This document shows positions 44,539 through 53,747 of a DNA stretch of 64,000 bases, in pieces; position 1 is the first letter of the stretch, and the number at the start of each line of letters is the position of its first letter. The stretch comes from a virus: IMG/VR virus record IMGVR_UViG_3300036768_001340, positions 4,246 through 68,245 of that record. One strand, given 5' to 3'. The notes under the pieces are model-generated. The model was not told where the DNA came from, did no database searches, and was given only the letters and a program-made list of their open reading frames with translations. The position numbers were made by a program, and so were the translations under genes.

Positions 44539-45072
44539 ATGATCGCGGCAGTCATGCTGTTCTTTTTGTCTGCGACTGTCGTTGACTTCCTTGGATATTG
44601 GCTCCACCGGTGGATCCATATCCCGGACAGCTGGGGCTATCGCGCCCACATGACCCACCACGTGGTCAACTATCCACCAAAGTCTTTCTTCTCAAAGAGG
44701 TATCGGTCGTCCCGACACGACAGCTTGGCCTGGTACTTCGCGCCGTTCGCCATGACATATGGCGCCTTGGTCATCCTTTTAGACCTGCCGCATCCCATGG
44801 CGATCATCTCAGGAGCCGCAACGACGATTTTCCTCAGCTCATATCTCCACGATGTGACCCACATCTCAGAGTCATTCGTATGGCGTTGGAGGATCTTTAA
44901 GGGAATCGCGGTGAGGCACTACACCCATCACTTCAAGATGGGTCGAAACTATGGGATCATTGTTTCGTGGTGGGATGACATCTTCGGCACACGTCGTCCT
45001 CCATGGCGTCCCGGATCGGGATCAACATCCCGACGACGAAGCCGAAAGCGTGGCCCAACACCGAAGCTGTGA
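44539..45072 (+). CDS. Sterol desaturase / fatty-acid hydroxylase family membrane enzyme
   Basis: His boxes HRWIH, HMTHH, HDVTH, HYTHH; NYG....WWDDIFGT. Confidence 0.85.
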   Translation: MIAAVMLFFLSATVVDFLGYWLHRWIHIPDSWGYRAHMTHHVVNYPPKSFFSKRYRSSRHDSLAWYFAPFAMTYGALVILLDLPHPMAIISGAATTIFLSSYLHDVTHISESFVWRWRIFKGIAVRHYTHHFKMGRNYGIIVSWWDDIFGTRRPPWRPGSGSTSRRRSRKRGPTPKL

Positions 45073-45250
45073 CGAGCGAGTCATCATGCTTAGTCACCAG
45101 CAGGATGCTTGACCAGTTTAGGAACGCAATCATAGCTGTGGTCAACACGCCAACCAGCATCCTCTTCATCTGGACCGACCTCGTAAAGAGGACGGCTCCG
45201 ACATCGACGGCGGCAGAGAAAAGAAAGATCTGGATGGACTCCCACGTCAC
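44957..45250 (-). CDS. Small three-TM membrane protein
   Basis: Three hydrophobic segments; coupled (GTGA) to the upstream gene; 3' end overlaps the convergent desaturase. Confidence 0.55.
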   Translation of the reverse strand: MTWESIQIFLFSAAVDVGAVLFTRSVQMKRMLVGVLTTAMIAFLNWSSILLVTKHDDSLVTASVLGHAFGFVVGMLIPIRDAMEDDVCRRCHPTTKQ

Positions 45251-45681
45251 GGGATCAGCTCGATAAGTTGAATCTGATCTTCACTGACGTATGACCTGAA
45301 GTAGTCCGGAGAGGAGAGACCGCTGAGGTATTCGATCACGGCCTGACCGATCGGTCCCTTGGGGATTTCACGGGAGAGCTGTTCAACCGACCTCAGCCAT
45401 CGATCATCGACCGAGATCTTGGTATGGGCTACCCACAGCGCCTGGACGATGCCTGTCTCAAGCAATGCCCACGCGGCGCCATATCGCGGATCTTTATCTT
45501 CAGCAAAGACGTCCTCGAACTGCTTTCCTAGCTCGGAGACAAACTTCCACTCTCCAAACCGTTCTAGCCCGTATGCCCAGTCGACGAATTTTGGGCCGGT
45601 TGCTAGAAAGGGAACCTCACCCCTTATCTGCGGCCAATTTGCAGAGCAATATCGTTGAATGAGAAAAGTCCGCTCACTCAC
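45247..45681 (-). CDS. Hypothetical protein
   Basis: ORF in a minus-strand operon; GTG start assumed. Confidence 0.6.
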   Translation of the reverse strand: MSERTFLIQRYCSANWPQIRGEVPFLATGPKFVDWAYGLERFGEWKFVSELGKQFEDVFAEDKDPRYGAAWALLETGIVQALWVAHTKISVDDRWLRSVEQLSREIPKGPIGQAVIEYLSGLSSPDYFRSYVSEDQIQLIELIP

Positions 45682-45689
45682 GGTTAGCC

Positions 45690-46013
45690 TCAACGATTGA
45701 TGACAGCAGCACCGCATAGCCTGCAGTCAAACCAACGGTGCTCATCAAATGAGAAAGGAACGTCAGACTTCCTGTAACCATCATACAACCGATGCGGTTG
45801 CGGGTGCGGACACATCACCCTCCAACGATGAAGGGTGTCGATGTATGCTTGGTAGAATTCCTCCGGGCCCGAGGCCTTTCGATTCCTACAGAGCTCGATG
45901 AAGTCGGCGTTTATGATCGCCTTCTCCTCATGGGTAAGCTCCTCGATCCGAAGGAGTGGTCCGTGGACATTCTCCTCCTCCATCTGTTTACGTCGGGCCT
46001 CTAACCTAGTCAC
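45690..46013 (-). CDS. Hypothetical protein with C-x-H and CxxC (possible Zn site)
   Basis: MCPHP...FDCRLCG; GTG start at 46013 assumed. Confidence 0.6.
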   Translation of the reverse strand: MTRLEARRKQMEEENVHGPLLRIEELTHEEKAIINADFIELCRNRKASGPEEFYQAYIDTLHRWRVMCPHPQPHRLYDGYRKSDVPFSFDEHRWFDCRLCGAAVINR

Positions 46014-46014
46014 C

Positions 46015-46287
46015 TCAGTTGGATCCTCGTGGAAGTTCGTCTTCCATGTCTTCAAATGCGATGAGCTGGGTCCCAAAGAACGCAATGACCTCACAGATTA
46101 TCCGATACTGTTTCACAGCCTCGGCGGCCTCATCCGAGTCGACGTCCTTGTCGATCTCAGCCGCGGCGCGATCGTGTAAGAACATGGTAAGGTTGACCAG
46201 TCCCCTCTCGATCTCATCAGACTCCATGTCGATGTGCTCGGCCAGCTCACGAGCCACCATCTGTAGCGGGTTCAGTTTCTTATTCAT
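46015..46287 (-). CDS. Acidic helical hypothetical protein
   Basis: 90-aa ORF in the operon. Confidence 0.6.
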   Translation of the reverse strand: MNKKLNPLQMVARELAEHIDMESDEIERGLVNLTMFLHDRAAAEIDKDVDSDEAAEAVKQYRIICEVIAFFGTQLIAFEDMEDELPRGSN

Positions 46288-46343
46288 CGGGATCCATTCG
46301 ATACATACGTCAAATCTCAGGATGAGATGACTACGGCATACGT

Positions 46344-46823
46344 TTAGGATTTGGAAAGCGAGGCGAGCCAGGCAAGGTATCTCTTGAGCTCCTTGTCTTC
46401 GACCGTGATCCTTGTCTCTCCTCGCACGAAGATCCTGTAGCTATCGGAGCCATATTTCCCGATCCCGGGCAGTTGCATCGGATCTCGACCATCCCACAGG
46501 AAGGCATACGCCGTCGACATTCTGATCAGGCTTTTGGCCCGTCGACGTTGGAGTCCGAGGGGACTTAGAAGCGCCTCCAGATCGACCGTGTCCGCCGTCG
46601 CCATCTCATAGGGACTGCCCCAGAGAGCGAAGAGGTCCTCGTGGATTGTCTCGAACATCCGACCCGCGCAGAGGTTTAAACAGATCGTACAACAGAGCAG
46701 CTTCCATGGATCATCCGCGTATCTCTCTTGGAAAAGGTTGAACGGAGACCGCATCACTAGAGGAGACCGGCCAGAGGCCAGTCGCAGGTCCCCCATCGTA
46801 GGTCCGCATGCCTCAACCATCAT
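46344..46823 (-). CDS. MBD4-like HhH-GPD DNA glycosylase
   Basis: RSPFNLFQE.Y..DPWKLL..TI.LN, PLGL..RRAK.L..MS, LPGIGKYGSDSYRIF, VEDKEL..Y. Confidence 0.85.
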   Translation of the reverse strand: MMVEACGPTMGDLRLASGRSPLVMRSPFNLFQERYADDPWKLLCCTICLNLCAGRMFETIHEDLFALWGSPYEMATADTVDLEALLSPLGLQRRRAKSLIRMSTAYAFLWDGRDPMQLPGIGKYGSDSYRIFVRGETRITVEDKELKRYLAWLASLSKS

Positions 46824-47637
46824 TGGGTTGGCAACCCTCGCAGACAAAGGTGGCACGGCCACAGAGTATGTACCGCTTCACAGGAAGCCCACACGTCCCG
46901 CAGGAGGCACGTCTATACACATTCAGCCAGTCGTACCTGACCTGGGGGATGGAGTGATCCACAGACCAAATCAGGGCGGCGTGAAGTACACGGGCCTCCT
47001 CCGAGGATAGTCGGTTGGACCTGGCGCTCGGGTGGATGCCTGCCGCGTGAAGCGCCTCGACCGAGTAGATGTTACCGATGCCTCCGATGAACCGCTGGTC
47101 CATCAGCCGGACCTTAATCGGCGTCTTGACCTTGAGTCCCTCATAGAACTCGCTCGGACTCATCACGGGATGGCTTGGCATCCCATTCGGGGTCGAGAGC
47201 AGCTCAGGAGGAGCCGTAGGAAGTTCTGACACGACCTTCATGCTCCCGAAGAGACGGACGTCATGGAACTGAAGTACCTTTCCGTCGCCAAAGCGGATCT
47301 TTACCCGGATGTCATTCCGGTCCGGTTCGCGATCAGCCTCGACGTAATCGAAGGTCCACGGCTCATGTTCCCAATCGAAGTACCCGGTCATCGCGTTGTG
47401 TGCGATCAGGTAAAGCGGTCGAGGTGACAGGATCCGGAAGACGATCCGTTTCCCAAGGCGGAACACATCGTCAACATCCCATCTTCCACCGCACTGCTTG
47501 GGTCCGATCAAAGGTCCATCTGGTCCGTCAAAATACCTTCCGTTCCAGCGGACGATCTCAAAGTCGACGATCGAGTTGCCCCTGGCGTACTTTCGTACGA
47601 CACCTGTGATGGCGTCAACCTCAGGCAACTCTGGCAT
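46813..47637 (-). CDS. mutM: Formamidopyrimidine-DNA glycosylase (Fpg/Nei family)
   Basis: N-terminal MPELPEV, R.GK, H..MTG, D.R.FG, LMDQ..IGGIGNIY..EAL, C-terminal zinc finger. Confidence 0.9.
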   Translation of the reverse strand: MPELPEVDAITGVVRKYARGNSIVDFEIVRWNGRYFDGPDGPLIGPKQCGGRWDVDDVFRLGKRIVFRILSPRPLYLIAHNAMTGYFDWEHEPWTFDYVEADREPDRNDIRVKIRFGDGKVLQFHDVRLFGSMKVVSELPTAPPELLSTPNGMPSHPVMSPSEFYEGLKVKTPIKVRLMDQRFIGGIGNIYSVEALHAAGIHPSARSNRLSSEEARVLHAALIWSVDHSIPQVRYDWLNVYRRASCGTCGLPVKRYILCGRATFVCEGCQPNDG

Positions 47638-47975
47638 CACTTCCTCCGGAAGATGCGTCGCCAGAGGTTTGGTTTTCGAGGCTGGACGTCCTTCTGCCAC
47701 TCGCCGGAGATCGTCAGTCTCCCGCGGTGGTCGACCTTCTCCTGGACGGAGAAGACGACCTCTCTGCCCAGTTTAACGAGGATCGGGAGGCCGTCGTCAG
47801 CGACGTCAATCTCGATCCCCTTACCAGGCCTTGAGCCGCGCTCGTACCCAAGCGCCTCAAGCCGGTCGAGCGCGGCCCGGACGACCATGATGATCGAACG
47901 TTGGACCCGATCCAGCGCCTCAGGGCTGTCAGCAGACACCTGAATCTTCTGGACCTCGTCTCCTCTGAGGGTCAC
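47637..47975 (-). CDS. Hypothetical protein
   Basis: 112-aa ORF coupled to the Fpg gene (TGATG). Confidence 0.65.
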   Translation of the reverse strand: MTLRGDEVQKIQVSADSPEALDRVQRSIIMVVRAALDRLEALGYERGSRPGKGIEIDVADDGLPILVKLGREVVFSVQEKVDHRGRLTISGEWQKDVQPRKPNLWRRIFRRK

Positions 47976-47976
47976 A

Positions 47977-48300
47977 CTAGTTCTCCATGGACGGATCGCG
48001 TGCCACCGGGATGAAGCCCGGACGCTTGTGCGGGGGATCGAACACCAGGCCCTCGATGCCGTCGATCCCCTCCTCCTGACGCCACATTTGGAATGACATG
48101 TACGCGGCCCGCATGAACTGCTCTGGCTCGATGTCTGTCCCCTTGATCACGCCGCCGACCGCCATCGCCAGAACGCTCACCGCCTCCTCGGAGGCGAGCC
48201 CATTCGCGATGAGGACCAGGCGGAGCTTCTTCACCAGTTCCACGCCGGCCTCGCACACAGCGTCGAACCTCTCGTCACTCATGGGATTGATGACTTGCAT
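47977..48300 (-). CDS. Hypothetical protein
   Basis: C-terminal part of the track ORF; ATG at 48300 assumed. Confidence 0.55.
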   Translation of the reverse strand: MQVINPMSDERFDAVCEAGVELVKKLRLVLIANGLASEEAVSVLAMAVGGVIKGTDIEPEQFMRAAYMSFQMWRQEEGIDGIEGLVFDPPHKRPGFIPVARDPSMEN

Positions 48301-48392
48301 TGGCTTGACTTTCCACTCTACGTTGTTGATGGCAGTTATACCGCCAAATCCATTATAATACGTTTGGCGGCACACGTCAACATCGGCCATAG

Positions 48393-48401
48393 TGGTAGAA
48401 T
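48393..48401 (+). promoter_or_regulatory. Extended -10 promoter (TGgTAGAAT) 6 nt before a GTG start; probably a leaderless transcript
   Basis: TG-n-TAGAAT; similar TGGTAWGAT motifs near 51088 and 56224. Confidence 0.5.
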
Positions 48402-48407
48402 GTTTGG

Positions 48408-48599
48408 GTGACCTTTTTGGACGCAATAAGGGCTGGGAGGTGGATCCGACGCAAGGGTAACAAGAGGATACTCTGCGTCAGCGAGATACCGAACCATCTC
48501 TACAACGTGGTCAGGTCAGACCTCCTTGCGGAGGATTGGGAGGTCGTCGATGGAGAGGGGCTGAGGATGAATCAACGAGGCGATTCAGACCCGCCTTGA
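48408..48599 (+). CDS. DUF2829 / Tad2-like small protein
   Basis: MTFLDAI..G..IRRKG and D.LAEDWEVV are the terminal motifs of this family. Confidence 0.6.
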   Translation: MTFLDAIRAGRWIRRKGNKRILCVSEIPNHLYNVVRSDLLAEDWEVVDGEGLRMNQRGDSDPP

Positions 48600-48619
48600 T
48601 GGCACTGGTCGGAGGGGAC

Positions 48620-49138
48620 CTAGAGGGATCCCGTTCCCAGGCCAGCAGACGTCCCTGGATGCTGCTGTCTCAGCAGCCTAACCTTTCCGTCACCCGGGAC
48701 GATCCAGGCGACAAGAGAAGGGATGTCCTGTCTCTGCGCCTGACGATATGTCCTTAGACGATGGTGTCCGTCCCAGACGGTGAACTGTTCACCCAGACGC
48801 TTCAACACCACGGGGACAGCGTCGTACCCGGGATCTCTTTCGAGCTGGGCCCTCAGCTGAGGATAGCCCTTGGCCGCCCGCGCTTCCCTCTCGGGGTTGG
48901 TGACCGAGATCTCGCAAAGGGGGACGCGGCCGAAGTAGATGACGCAGTCGGCCCTGCACTCAGACCACTTGATCTGTCCTCCTTTCGTCAGGGCGCCCTC
49001 GACGCGGGCCACCATGAACTCGGAGATCTCAACGAGGTGGCCCCGATACGAGTCTGGCCATGTCGGAGTGCAGAGCTTTGCGATGTGTGGGACGGCGAGC
49101 CGACGCCACTCCCGGTCTGACCCAGGAGACCAGCTCAT
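48620..49138 (-). CDS. ParB/Sulfiredoxin-like domain protein
   Basis: PVVL......VWDGHHRL..Y......IP. Confidence 0.65.
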   Translation of the reverse strand: MSWSPGSDREWRRLAVPHIAKLCTPTWPDSYRGHLVEISEFMVARVEGALTKGGQIKWSECRADCVIYFGRVPLCEISVTNPEREARAAKGYPQLRAQLERDPGYDAVPVVLKRLGEQFTVWDGHHRLRTYRQAQRQDIPSLVAWIVPGDGKVRLLRQQHPGTSAGLGTGSL

Positions 49139-50250
49139 CGTCCTCGTCTGAAGAACTTCGTGAGCGGACTCTTCGGGGCCGCCGGGGTCGCCTGCGGTCT
49201 GATGAAGTTTGCGGCGCCGGCCTGCCGCTTGGTCGGTTCCTCGATGTCTTCCTCGTCGTCGTCTTCTGGCTCGGGCCGCGCCGTCGCCGCCGGCGGCTCT
49301 TCCTTCTTTCGGACTGTCACGCCGGGCCCGGCCGATGGGGTGACGGGCTTGGAGAAGGACGGAGGGGCGATGGTTCTCTTCACAGGGGGCGAGGGCGGCT
49401 CCTCCTCGTCGTACTCGTCGTCCGAAGTCGCCTCGGGCTCCTCCTCGTCGTACTCGTCGTCCGAAGTCGCCTCGGACTCCTCCTCGTCGTACTCTTCGTC
49501 TGGAATCGTGTCCAGGTCCTCGGGCTCGTCTGAGAACTCGCCGACGTCATCGTCGTCGTCATGGGAAGAGACGGCCGGGGGCGCCGGGGCGACCTGGTCC
49601 TCTGCGTCTTCGACGTCGTCCTCGTCAGCCGCGCCCCGATCGATGAGGAACTCGGAGGCGATATGGAGGGCGTCCATCTGCCCAGCCTTCGGGATCGTCC
49701 CCCTGATGTCGGCCACGACCTGGTTCAGGGTCTTCATCTTCTTCCAGCGCTCGATGGCGGCCTTGAGCCTCTGTCGTCCCTGCTTCGGGTCGTCCGGGAG
49801 ACCCTTGCCCATGCGGCTCAGGACCTTCTCGAGTCGATCCATCGCGTCTCCGGTGCTGCTGTCGTCGTCGGGCTCCACGAAGTGGGCTGCGCTAGGATCG
49901 CGAAGTGGCCTGTCGAGCCCCCATTGAAGGATGGTCGGGTTGCGGCCGCCCCCTCCGCGCGCTCCTCGCCTCACGGCCAGGAGCGGCCTCTTCTCAGAGA
50001 CACCGTACTTGTCCTGGTCCTCCTTCCACGGCTTGGCGATGTACCTGTTGATCTGCGTCGAAAACGACTGCTTGTTGTCGCCCATGCTGTTGGCCCGGCC
50101 CCCGTTTGCGACGTAGACGTTGTACAGGTCGTTGATCGTGAAGGTGCCCCTCTGTTGGGCAGCCCAGTCGAGGGTCGCCAGGATGGGATCCCCCTTCCTC
50201 CTGGGCATCTCGAACATGAAGTACTCGTAGAGACGCGGCATCGCCTTCAA
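49135..50250 (-). CDS. Protein with a long acidic/Pro-rich low-complexity C-terminus (possible internal head protein)
   Basis: 371 aa; 13-aa (39-bp) tandem repeat DDEYDEEEPEATS. Confidence 0.75.
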   Translation of the reverse strand: MKAMPRLYEYFMFEMPRRKGDPILATLDWAAQQRGTFTINDLYNVYVANGGRANSMGDNKQSFSTQINRYIAKPWKEDQDKYGVSEKRPLLAVRRGARGGGGRNPTILQWGLDRPLRDPSAAHFVEPDDDSSTGDAMDRLEKVLSRMGKGLPDDPKQGRQRLKAAIERWKKMKTLNQVVADIRGTIPKAGQMDALHIASEFLIDRGAADEDDVEDAEDQVAPAPPAVSSHDDDDDVGEFSDEPEDLDTIPDEEYDEEESEATSDDEYDEEEPEATSDDEYDEEEPPSPPVKRTIAPPSFSKPVTPSAGPGVTVRKKEEPPAATARPEPEDDDEEDIEEPTKRQAGAANFIRPQATPAAPKSPLTKFFRRGR

Positions 50251-50270
50251 AATTAGGCCGCGGAGGGAAC

Positions 50271-50789
50271 CTACTTCCAGGCGATCAGGTTTCCGTGGCC
50301 GTCCGGGAACTTAACCCCAAACGTCCGCGTCTGCCATCCGATGGATGCGAAGTCTTCGGGCACAGGACCCCAGTGGTGGAACTCCGGATCGTTCCGGTCC
50401 TCACCTTGCTCCTGGAACCCCCAGGGGCAGCTGATGAGGACCCGGGCGTTCCTCCTCGCCAGGTACCTGCAGAGCTCCAGCGACTCCTCCCGCGGCAGGT
50501 GCTCGGGCCCCTCATCCCAGAAGACGAGGCCGAACCCGTGGGGGACGTCGCTCTGGCGGATGTCCCCGTGGTAGAGCTCCGAGGTGACGTGTCGGGCCGT
50601 CAGCAGGTTATTCCTGTCGACGTCGATCACCGCGATGCGGGAGGCTCCGATCGCCGGGGCGAACGTCTGATACCACCATGGATGGGTATCCCTGCGGTGA
50701 CCGACGTAGAGCATGGAGCCGACAGAGGTCCCGAAGATTCCAGGGCCCTCTTGGGCCAAGAAGCCAAACGCCTCTCCTACAGACGGCAC
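50271..50789 (-). CDS. Divergent class I methyltransferase-like protein
   Basis: MLYVG, VIDVD, YHGDIR, FWDEGPEHL, VLISCPWG. Confidence 0.55.
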   Translation of the reverse strand: MPSVGEAFGFLAQEGPGIFGTSVGSMLYVGHRRDTHPWWYQTFAPAIGASRIAVIDVDRNNLLTARHVTSELYHGDIRQSDVPHGFGLVFWDEGPEHLPREESLELCRYLARRNARVLISCPWGFQEQGEDRNDPEFHHWGPVPEDFASIGWQTRTFGVKFPDGHGNLIAWK

Positions 50790-50801
50790 CGGATAGGTAC
50801 C

Positions 50802-51191
50802 TCAGTCGACCTGGAAGATCCTCGCGGTGTGGAGGGCTCCGTCGCCGTGGGCGCGGGCGCAGACCTCGGCCATCTTCGCGTCGAGGTCCGCGCCCTCGAG
50901 GAAGCTTCGAATGAAGTCGTGGTCCTCCCGGTCGATCTCCCCGACCGACTCGATCTGCCTGACCGCCATCGGACGACCCTCGACCAGCCTGTTCTCGTAC
51001 ACGTACGAGCCGGCGACGATCCGAAAGGTTCGAACCATGAAACGCTCCTGTCTGTCCTGCATGCGGCCATAGTACCGCCTTCGGCCGTGGTAAGATGCTG
51101 ACATGCATAGGGACGTAAACGACAAGACAGTCGGCCGAGGATCGCCTGTCACGACGACGGCGGTTTGGTCCGTGAAGGTCGACAAATCCAT
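50802..51191 (-). CDS. Hypothetical protein
   Basis: 129-aa ORF, last of the minus-strand block. Confidence 0.5.
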   Translation of the reverse strand: MDLSTFTDQTAVVVTGDPRPTVLSFTSLCMSASYHGRRRYYGRMQDRQERFMVRTFRIVAGSYVYENRLVEGRPMAVRQIESVGEIDREDHDFIRSFLEGADLDAKMAEVCARAHGDGALHTARIFQVD

Positions 51192-51247
51192 GATCGGATA
51201 TCATCGACCTGGCCGCGCCACGACCCTCACAAGGATGACCTGGAGCC

Positions 51248-52018
51248 ATGATCAACGTCTATAACCGTCACGGCGACGTGATCCTCGGCGACGCCAAGGC
51301 CACCTGCCTCGCCGAGGCGATCTGCAATGCCTACGCCAGGTGCATCTCCCTTGACGAGGTCGACCTGCGCCACATCTCTCTCGACGAGAGGCGCCTGGCG
51401 GGGATCGTGCTCGACCGCGCCTGCCTCGACGAGGCGAGCCTCTTCGGCACGAACCTGGAGCGTGCCAGCCTGGTATCCGCCAGCGTCGCACACATCTTCG
51501 CCCCGATGCTCCGGCTGGCCGGCGCCAAGCTCATCGGCGCCGACTTCTCAAGCGCCCACCTGGGCGGCGCTGACCTCTCGGGGGCCCTCGGGAGGGAGGC
51601 AGATTTCGGGCGAGCCGTCCTCGCGGATGCCCAGCTTCGTGAGGGAGACTTCAAGGCGGCATGGTTCAGCCGCGCCTATCTCACCGACGCCTGCCTGGCC
51701 TCCGCCCGCCTCTGTCATGCGGACTTTCGGCATGCGTATTGTCGCGCCGTCGACTTCGCGGGTGCCGACCTATCCGGGGCGGACTTTCGGGACGCCGACC
51801 TGCGTGGGGCCGACTTTACAGGGGCGGACCTATGCGGGGCCGATTTTACGGGAGCGAACCTGACCGGCGCGTGCCTCACGGAGGCCAAGACGGAGGGCGT
51901 CCTCGGCCTCTGTGCGCCAGGGGAGTACCGCTGCGATAGGTGCGACGGCCTCTTCGAGGAAAAGAACACGCAGTCGGTCGCGGGAAAGATCATCTGCAGG
52001 TGGTGCCTGCCGTGGTGA
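51248..52018 (+). CDS. Pentapeptide-repeat protein with C-terminal CxxC-CxxC zinc finger
   Basis: Long A(D/N)(L/F)xx array; CDRC...CRWC. Confidence 0.9.
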   Translation: MINVYNRHGDVILGDAKATCLAEAICNAYARCISLDEVDLRHISLDERRLAGIVLDRACLDEASLFGTNLERASLVSASVAHIFAPMLRLAGAKLIGADFSSAHLGGADLSGALGREADFGRAVLADAQLREGDFKAAWFSRAYLTDACLASARLCHADFRHAYCRAVDFAGADLSGADFRDADLRGADFTGADLCGADFTGANLTGACLTEAKTEGVLGLCAPGEYRCDRCDGLFEEKNTQSVAGKIICRWCLPW

Positions 52019-52209
52019 TCGAGAAGTGCGTCCTCCCGGGTTACCATCGCGTCTATCGACTCGTCACCAACGATGCGAACCGCGCGTTGGCGCTCGAGGT
52101 CTTCGTCGAGGAAGACGCCGACAAGCACAGGGCGATCGTCAAGTACTTCGCCAACGGAAGCGAGGTCTCGCAGGAGGACTTCAGGTTCCTCAGGAGCCTA
52201 TTGCCGTGA
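52015..52209 (+). CDS. Small hypothetical protein
   Basis: GTG overlaps the upstream TGA; GC3-rich codons. Confidence 0.55.
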   Translation: MIEKCVLPGYHRVYRLVTNDANRALALEVFVEEDADKHRAIVKYFANGSEVSQEDFRFLRSLLP

Positions 52210-52241
52210 GCGAAGGTCGACCGGATGAAAGGATGTCGTCG

Positions 52242-52781
52242 ATGCACACGTACGACCCCGGGTCGGAGGCCGATGAGGCCTGGGCCCAACTCTGTGAGAT
52301 CTGGCGGCTCGCCGAGCGGGTCTGCCGCGTCCAGTACTCGGCCGACCTTCCCCGTGGGATCGCGGGCGGCTACGACATGTCCGGCAACAGGATCCTCATC
52401 AGGAGCGGGACGGTCCCGTCGGGGCAGGACTTCCCCACGCGGGACGACCGGGACAAGATGACGTACCAGGCGTGCGTGGTGGCGCACGAGCTGAGCCACG
52501 CCCACAGCCTCCTCGAGGGCGGCAAGGAGTTCGAGCGGTACCGGCGCTCCCTCATCCGCTGGAACCTCGCCGGCATGGACGGGACGGTCCTCTCCGAGGC
52601 CGACCGCGGGCGGATCTTCGACGAGGAGGTCCGGGTGGAGCTGCGGGGGATCAAGATGGTCCGCTCGGTCGCCCCGACGCTCGAGGAGGCCTACCTGGGC
52701 ACGATGGCGAGCAACCTCTCGGCCTACTCCTCCTTGCTCTGGACCGGACGCTGGCCGGAGAGGCCGAGGGGGTCGGTCTGA
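52242..52781 (+). CDS. HEXXH zinc metallopeptidase-like (ImmA/IrrE type)
   Basis: GIAGGY....RILI, VVAHELSHAH, EEVRVE; GAAAGGA RBS. Confidence 0.65.
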   Translation: MHTYDPGSEADEAWAQLCEIWRLAERVCRVQYSADLPRGIAGGYDMSGNRILIRSGTVPSGQDFPTRDDRDKMTYQACVVAHELSHAHSLLEGGKEFERYRRSLIRWNLAGMDGTVLSEADRGRIFDEEVRVELRGIKMVRSVAPTLEEAYLGTMASNLSAYSSLLWTGRWPERPRGSV

Positions 52782-52849
52782 GGATGGGCCGGCGGGACGG
52801 ACGGCCGTCGGCCAGGGTCTCGGACCCGTCGCCGACAAGGGAGAAGACG

Positions 52850-53104
52850 ATGGAGGATCGACGGACGGGGCGCAGCCGGCTGCCGACCCTGCTCCTTGCC
52901 TGGGCCATCCTCGGCTGCCGGGACGGCGGGCCTGAGGACATCAACCTCCGCCTGAACCGGGTCGAGGACGCGGTGAGAAGGGCGGCGGACCGGTCCGAGC
53001 GGGTCGACAGGTGCCTGACCGACCGGCTTGACCCCATGATGCGAGATAGCGATATCGTGGTCACGCTTCGCGAGTGCCTACGGGCCGGGAGGACCTGGCG
53101 ATGA
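52850..53104 (+). CDS. Small putative lipoprotein
   Basis: AGGGAG RBS; LLLAWAILGC lipobox-like. Confidence 0.55.
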   Translation: MEDRRTGRSRLPTLLLAWAILGCRDGGPEDINLRLNRVEDAVRRAADRSERVDRCLTDRLDPMMRDSDIVVTLRECLRAGRTWR

Positions 53105-53406
53105 GGGCCGTCGTCATCGTCATCGGGGCGGTCTATGTCCTCGCCGCGGTGGCCGGCTGGCTGGCCTGGTTCTGGATGCATACCTGGCCGCAGCATGCCT
53201 GGGAGCGAGATCCGGGGCGGGCCTTCTGGCGGCTGGTCTGGCGGAGACTGACGTGGGTCGACCTAGGCCTCCCCATGGGGAAGGAGATCCTCCCGCCGAC
53301 GATCAGCTCAGATGATCTGGCGGCCCGGCCGACGAACCCTGGCGAAAATCTCTCCCGGGATTCTCGAGGGGGTATGGCCCGTGGGAGGCACTCGGGTCTG
53401 GGATAA
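53101..53406 (+). CDS. Small membrane protein
   Basis: ATGA coupling; N-terminal TM helix. Confidence 0.55.
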   Translation: MRAVVIVIGAVYVLAAVAGWLAWFWMHTWPQHAWERDPGRAFWRLVWRRLTWVDLGLPMGKEILPPTISSDDLAARPTNPGENLSRDSRGGMARGRHSGLG

Positions 53407-53493
53407 AAGGCCGCCGCTCCTCGAGGCATGCCCAGACGTTTGCCTCAAGATGCCCCTTCCCAAGACACCTCCAAGGCAAGTCTTGTTCCAAGG

Positions 53494-53643
53494 CAAGGCA
53501 CCTCCAAGGCACTCTTAAGGCACCAAGGTACCTCCAAGGCACTCTTAAGGCACCAAGGCACCTCCAAGGCACTCTTAAGGCACCAAGGTACCTCCAAGGC
53601 ACTCTTAAGGCACCAAGGCACCTCCAAGGCACTCTTAAGGCAC
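53494..53643. repeat. Five tandem 30-bp units CAAGGYACCTCCAAGGCACTCTTAAGGCAC inside a wider AAGRCAC array (~53445-53675)
   Basis: Units at 53494, 53524, 53554, 53584 and 53614; no spacers. Confidence 0.95.
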
Positions 53644-53747
53644 CAAGGCACTCCTAAGGTCCGTTCCAAGGCATCCGACTCTGGGATAAAGTGCCGTCGA
53701 ACCCTGGCGAAAAATGGGCCCCGGCTCGCGAGATGGCCAAGCGCCGC

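Noticed and set aside
6170-50260. A phage late-promoter consensus (TAGTTA/TAATTA-like words before some minus-strand genes)
   Set aside because: Too few and too variable instances to support by eye; needs motif discovery on the whole genome.
53494-53643. CRISPR array
   Set aside because: The 30-bp units are contiguous with no unique spacers. The same holds for the 18-bp array at 40665. No cas operon is present; the Cas4-like nuclease is a common stand-alone phage gene.
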